Shown here: in pieces, positions 43,422 through 47,450 of the stretch
Layout of the letters: each line of letters opens with the position of its first letter
Numbering within the stretch: the stretch's first letter is position 1
Source of the DNA: Patescibacteria group bacterium
GTDB taxonomy: Bacteria; Patescibacteriota; Minisyncoccia; UBA6257; Colwellbacteraceae
DNA length: 47,450 bases
Direction of reading: 5' to 3'
Assembly (NCBI GenBank): GCA_023380475.1
Contig: JAMCRD010000006.1
Span: 68,546 to 115,995, forward strand
Notes under the pieces: model-generated
The model's database searches: none
Told to the model about the DNA's origin: nothing
What the model saw: the letters and a program-made list of their open reading frames with translations, nothing else
Position numbers and translations under genes: made by a program

Positions 43422-45071
43422 ATGGCTAAGTATATCTTCGTAGTCGGAGGGGTTATCTCTGGAGTAGGGAAAGGGATAACTTCCGCCTCCATCGGTAAGA
43501 TCCTCCAATCGAGAGGCTGCCGAGTCACCGCTTTGAAGATCGACCCCTACGTCAATGTCGACGCCGGCACCATGAACCCCACCGAACACGGTGAGGTCTT
43601 TGTTTTAGATGACGGCACTGAATGCGACCAAGATATGGGCAACTACGAACGTTTCCTGGGACGCTACCTGTCTAAAGATAACTATATGACCACAGGCAGT
43701 GTTTATCTCAGCGTGATCCAGCGTGAACGTAATCTTGAGTACGGCGGGCGTTGTGTCGAGGTTGTCCCCGACATTCCTTTGGAAGTCATAAACAGGATAA
43801 AAAACGCGGAGAAGAAAAATAAAGCCGACGTTGTGATTGTGGAAATAGGCGGCACAGCCGGCGAATACCAAAATATTTTATTCTTGGAGGCGGTGCGAAT
43901 TCTTAAAGTTAGACAACCCAAGGATGTCTTGTTGATTTTGGTGAGTTTGCTGCCGGCTCTCTCGGCTGGCGGGACGGAGCTCAAGACCAAGCCTACCCAG
44001 TACGCTGCCCGCACTCTGAACGCCGCTGGTCTGCAAGTCGATTTGATAATGGGACGCGCTCCCATACCTTTGGACGAGAAACGCCGAGAGAAGATAGCCT
44101 TCATCTGCGGGCTGGCTTCAAAGGACGATGTTATCTCTGCGCCCAACGTCGACAGTATCTACGAGGTGCCGCTGAATTTTGAGAAGGATCACCTTAGCGA
44201 CCGTCTTTTTGAAAAACTTGGCCTACGGTCAAAACAGCACGACCTTAATGAGTGGCGGAGCATGGTGAAGAGAGTCAAGCGGGTTACGGAGCCGGTTAAG
44301 ATCGGGATAATCGGCAAGTACTTTGGCAGCGGCGATTTTGTTTTGGAGGATTCTTACATTTCTGTGATCGAAGCTGTTAAGCATGCCGCGGCCGAGGTAA
44401 ATCGCAAGCCGGTAATTCAGTGGCTTAACTCCGAGGAGTTCGAGAGAAGTAAAACGGCTCTTAGAAAGCTCTTGGAGTATGATGGTATTGTAGTTCCGGG
44501 CGGGTTCGGCAGCCGCGGGGTGGAAGGAAAAATTGCGGCCATACAGTACTGTCGGGAGAATAAAATACCATATCTAGGCCTATGTTACGGGATGCAGCTG
44601 GCGACGGTTGAGTTTGCCCGCCATGTAGCCGGGATGAAGCGAGCCAACACGACGGAGATAGATCCCAGGACGCCTTATCCGGTGATCGACATTATGCCGG
44701 AACAAAAAAGCAACTTGGCGAACAAGCATTACGGGGCAACCATGCGCCTGGGCGCATACCCCGCCGTTCTATCTAGAGGCACGATAGCTGGCAAAGCTTA
44801 TGACGGGAGAAAGATTTCTGAAAGGCACCGCCACCGCTATGAGGTGAACCCTGAATATATAGAGCGTCTTAAAAATAAAGGGCTGGTTTTTTCTGGAACG
44901 TCGCCAGATGAGAGGCTAATGGAAATAATGGAGTTACCGCCGGCTAAACATCCTTTCTTCCTCGGCACTCAGTTCCACCCGGAATTAAAATCAAGCCCGT
45001 TGCATCCCCATCCGTTATTTGTGCGCTTTATCGGTGCGGCTAAAGCGAGAGCTGCCGCTAGGAAGCGTTGA
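43422..45071 (+). CDS. pyrG: CTP synthase
   Basis: MAKYIFVVGGVISGVGKGI, a GATase domain with GLCYGMQ, and HRHRYEVN. Confidence 0.95.
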   Translation: MAKYIFVVGGVISGVGKGITSASIGKILQSRGCRVTALKIDPYVNVDAGTMNPTEHGEVFVLDDGTECDQDMGNYERFLGRYLSKDNYMTTGSVYLSVIQRERNLEYGGRCVEVVPDIPLEVINRIKNAEKKNKADVVIVEIGGTAGEYQNILFLEAVRILKVRQPKDVLLILVSLLPALSAGGTELKTKPTQYAARTLNAAGLQVDLIMGRAPIPLDEKRREKIAFICGLASKDDVISAPNVDSIYEVPLNFEKDHLSDRLFEKLGLRSKQHDLNEWRSMVKRVKRVTEPVKIGIIGKYFGSGDFVLEDSYISVIEAVKHAAAEVNRKPVIQWLNSEEFERSKTALRKLLEYDGIVVPGGFGSRGVEGKIAAIQYCRENKIPYLGLCYGMQLATVEFARHVAGMKRANTTEIDPRTPYPVIDIMPEQKSNLANKHYGATMRLGAYPAVLSRGTIAGKAYDGRKISERHRHRYEVNPEYIERLKNKGLVFSGTSPDERLMEIMELPPAKHPFFLGTQFHPELKSSPLHPHPLFVRFIGAAKARAAARKR

Positions 45072-45161
45072 TCAGAAAAACTTAGAGAACCATACCTTAT
45101 TGCTAATCGGATCAACAATTAATGCCGTTGCATAACCTCCTTATACGACTAAAATATTCTT

Positions 45162-45464
45162 ATGATCGTCGATGGTAGACTTAATAAAGATAGTATAGAA
45201 AAACCGTTTTCTAAGGCGGCGGTAGATATCGTTAGGAAAATGGTTTCAATTGGCGGGGAGTTCCATGTCGATTGCGCCGAGGAACTTGTTGAGAATGGCT
45301 CTTTGTCTAAGGACATCTGGGGTGTTAGCGTCTATCCCGACGGCCATATCGACTTTATCTCCCTAATTAATGTGCGGCCCGCCCAAGGTAATAAGGTCAT
45401 GGACGTTACTGATAAAAATACGAGGGACGCGATTAGTAAAATAATCGAAGAGATTTTAGAATAA
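45162..45464 (+). CDS. Hypothetical protein (100 aa)
   Basis: ORF only; no recognisable motif. Confidence 0.4.
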   Translation: MIVDGRLNKDSIEKPFSKAAVDIVRKMVSIGGEFHVDCAEELVENGSLSKDIWGVSVYPDGHIDFISLINVRPAQGNKVMDVTDKNTRDAISKIIEEILE

Positions 45465-45470
45465 AAGCGA

Positions 45471-45737
45471 ATGTCGCCCGACCGCTGGCAGAAATTTTCG
45501 AAGAACGAACAGTTGAAACATATAGCTTCTGAGGTAAAACGCGCTTCGCTTTACGAAGAAGACAACCCAGCGCTTAGCCACGAAATTTTAGAACGCGGCT
45601 TGAACTTTATAGATTTGTCTTTAGGAGACGAGAAATGGGGAAGCAATGTTAGATTGCTTTATCTTCTACGAGATATTCTTGCTGAATCGTATGTTGGTTT
45701 AGGAAAATCTCTCAGTAACATCTGTGCCATATTTTGA
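45471..45737 (+). CDS. Hypothetical protein (88 aa)
   Basis: ORF only; it starts 6 nt after the previous ORF. Confidence 0.4.
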   Translation: MSPDRWQKFSKNEQLKHIASEVKRASLYEEDNPALSHEILERGLNFIDLSLGDEKWGSNVRLLYLLRDILAESYVGLGKSLSNICAIF

Positions 45738-45915
45738 TTGGTGGACGGGATTTGCAAAGAAGGAATCAGAAATAAAAATAAAGAATATTGCCCTGCCAAG
45801 CAAATACGTGCTGGCGTTTGGTTGCATAACGCGTCTTATGCGACACCGTTGTGCAGGTTTAATTAGGTAACGTGTCGTTAAGGAATACTCGCCTAGAAAT
45901 TCTTATTTATAAAAT

Positions 45916-45945
45916 GGTTGCTGTCTGACGCAGCAACCTTTAATA
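45916..45945 (+). terminator. Hairpin GGTTGCTG-TCTGACG-CAGCAACC followed by TTTAATAT
   Basis: 8-bp perfect stem with a moderate T-rich tail. Confidence 0.5.
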
Positions 45946-45959
45946 TGATAGGTAGTGAA

Positions 45960-47450
45960 ATGAAGAATATCATAACACTCTTCAGGAAGAGGCCGATTTT
46001 ATACAGTGTAATTCTGGTAGTTGTAGTGATTGTGATCTATATAGTTGCTTCCGGCAATAAAAGCAGCGGCTATCAGTATGTAACTGTAAGCGAAGGCTCA
46101 ATAACCCAGGACGTTACGGTCACAGGGAACACCACTCCGGTAAGCAGTGTTGATATGGCTTTCCAGAATAGTGGAACCATTGCTGCGGTCAACTATGATG
46201 TCGGATCACACGTCAGTGCCGGCGATGTGGTGGTGAGACTCGATACCAGTGGCTTGGAGGCTCAGCTGGCTCAGGCTCAAGCCAATGTCGATACCCAGCA
46301 GGCCAACTTGGCTCTGTTGGAGGCTGGGGCTACCCAACAGGACATCCAAGTATCAGAAGCAGCTGTCGCGGCAGCTGAGCAAAGCTTAGCCAACGACTAT
46401 ATGGATATACCGACGACAGTTGAGCAAGCTTACTCCAGCGCCAATGATGCCGTGCGCAACAAGCTCGCTCCGATGTTTAACGGCATAACGACATCCAATC
46501 CAAGTCTGACCTTCCAGGCCAGCAACCAGCAGATTATTAATCAGGTGGAGCTTGAGGTGAATCAGGTTGTGCGGGGACTAAACAGTTGGCAAGAAGAACT
46601 TGGATCCATCGACACTAATTCGTCAACCAGTACCTTGGATAAGATAGCCTCTGATGCCGGATCATACCTTGATGGTATCCAGTCATTCCTGACGGATATG
46701 ACAACGGCAGTTAATGATGCGTACGGCTTATCGTCCAGCGCCGCGACCTATCAGGCCGATGTCACTGCAGCTGTAGCCGAGGTTAACACAGCCATAGCAG
46801 ACTTGAATACAGCGACCCAAGCCATAGCTTCGCAAAAAGCAGTTGTGGGGCAGCAGGTAGCCGCACTCAATCTCAAACTGGCTGGATCCACCCCCCAAGC
46901 CATCCAGGCCCAGCAGGCTCAGGTCGAGCAGGCCGAAGCCAGTGTTAAGAATATTGAAGTCAGTATCGCACAGGCTTCATTAGTAGCACCGATATCTGGA
47001 GTGATAACGGTTCAAAATGGTAAGGTCAGTCAGGTAGCTTCCGCGGGTGAGACCATTTTCTCAATAATCTCCGGCAATAACCTGGAAGTTGACTCGGATG
47101 TTCCTGAGATCGATATAGGCAAGGTAAACGTTGGCGATCCAGTCACTATGACATTGGACGCATTTCCAGGGGAGCAGTTTACTGGAAAGGTGTTTTACAT
47201 CGACCCGGCGCAGACGGTGATTCAAGGCGTTGTTGACTATTTGGTAAAGGTCTCTTTTGACAAGCCGGATCCGCGCATCAAAAGCGGACTGACGGTGAAT
47301 CTTACTATTGATACCAAGACCGACAATAATGCCCTGATTTTGCCTCAATACGCCGTCCTCCAAAATGACAGCGGCAGCTTTGTCGAGATAGTCAGCGGTA
47401 ATAAGATCGTCCAGGTGCCGGTGACTCTGGGGATACAGGATGACAATGGC
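45960..47450 (+). CDS. HlyD/MacA-type periplasmic adaptor (membrane fusion) protein, partial (runs off the right edge)
   Basis: Open frame from ATG 45960 to the window end. It has an N-terminal TM segment, a long Ala/Gln-rich coiled coil (LEAQLAQAQANVDTQQANL...) and a C-terminal beta-barrel segment (GDPVTMTLDAFPGEQFTGKV). Confidence 0.8.
   Translation, partial: MKNIITLFRKRPILYSVILVVVVIVIYIVASGNKSSGYQYVTVSEGSITQDVTVTGNTTPVSSVDMAFQNSGTIAAVNYDVGSHVSAGDVVVRLDTSGLEAQLAQAQANVDTQQANLALLEAGATQQDIQVSEAAVAAAEQSLANDYMDIPTTVEQAYSSANDAVRNKLAPMFNGITTSNPSLTFQASNQQIINQVELEVNQVVRGLNSWQEELGSIDTNSSTSTLDKIASDAGSYLDGIQSFLTDMTTAVNDAYGLSSSAATYQADVTAAVAEVNTAIADLNTATQAIASQKAVVGQQVAALNLKLAGSTPQAIQAQQAQVEQAEASVKNIEVSIAQASLVAPISGVITVQNGKVSQVASAGETIFSIISGNNLEVDSDVPEIDIGKVNVGDPVTMTLDAFPGEQFTGKVFYIDPAQTVIQGVVDYLVKVSFDKPDPRIKSGLTVNLTIDTKTDNNALILPQYAVLQNDSGSFVEIVSGNKIVQVPVTLGIQDDNG

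Noticed and set aside
1-47450. CRISPR arrays, rRNA genes, or an alternative genetic code (UGA recoding)
   Set aside because: No regularly spaced repeats were seen. No rRNA-like conserved blocks were seen. TGA terminates well-defined genes (e.g. ruvC at 16283-16285), and all conserved proteins are full length under the standard code.

Overview
This window looks like the replication-origin neighbourhood of a small, standard-code bacterial genome (TGA is used as a stop, e.g. at ruvC). It is most consistent with a Patescibacteria/CPR-type lineage. That placement is an inference from compact housekeeping genes, a stand-alone 5'-3' exonuclease, homing-endonuclease genes and a minimal Gram-positive-type T4SS. 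The core is divergent: dnaA-dnaN on the minus strand, rpmH-rnpA-yidC-jag on the plus strand. Other housekeeping genes are gyrA (partial), rpsA, ftsH, rpsT, holA-like, glmS, tsaE, ruvA/B/C, yebC, PBP1A, rsmA, uvrD/pcrA, murE-like, a beta-CASP RNase, pyrG and three tRNAs. Accessory or unusual content: (1) a roughly 338-nt highly structured minus-strand RNA gene I could not classify, with a consensus promoter and an intrinsic terminator, between the histidine kinase and glmS; (2) a single-motif LAGLIDADG gene bracketed by a perfect 40-bp inverted repeat; (3) a 363-aa intein splitting helicase motif III of UvrD/PcrA, with a non-canonical endonuclease insert; (4) a minimal T4SS-like cluster (pilin-like, VirB4, PrgI/VirB3-like, VirB6-like) with no coupling protein or relaxase in the window; (5) a tRNA-Ile with a genomically encoded UAU anticodon; (6) an IS200-type TnpA; (7) a frameshifted HTH/LAGLIDADG-like pseudogene between two tRNAs; (8) an HTH-Doc toxin-antitoxin pair in which the Doc catalytic His is Arg; (9) a recurrent promoter architecture with the -10 box 6-9 nt from the ATG, implying leaderless mRNAs. 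No rRNA and no CRISPR array were seen. All homology calls come from motif recognition by eye; no database search was run.
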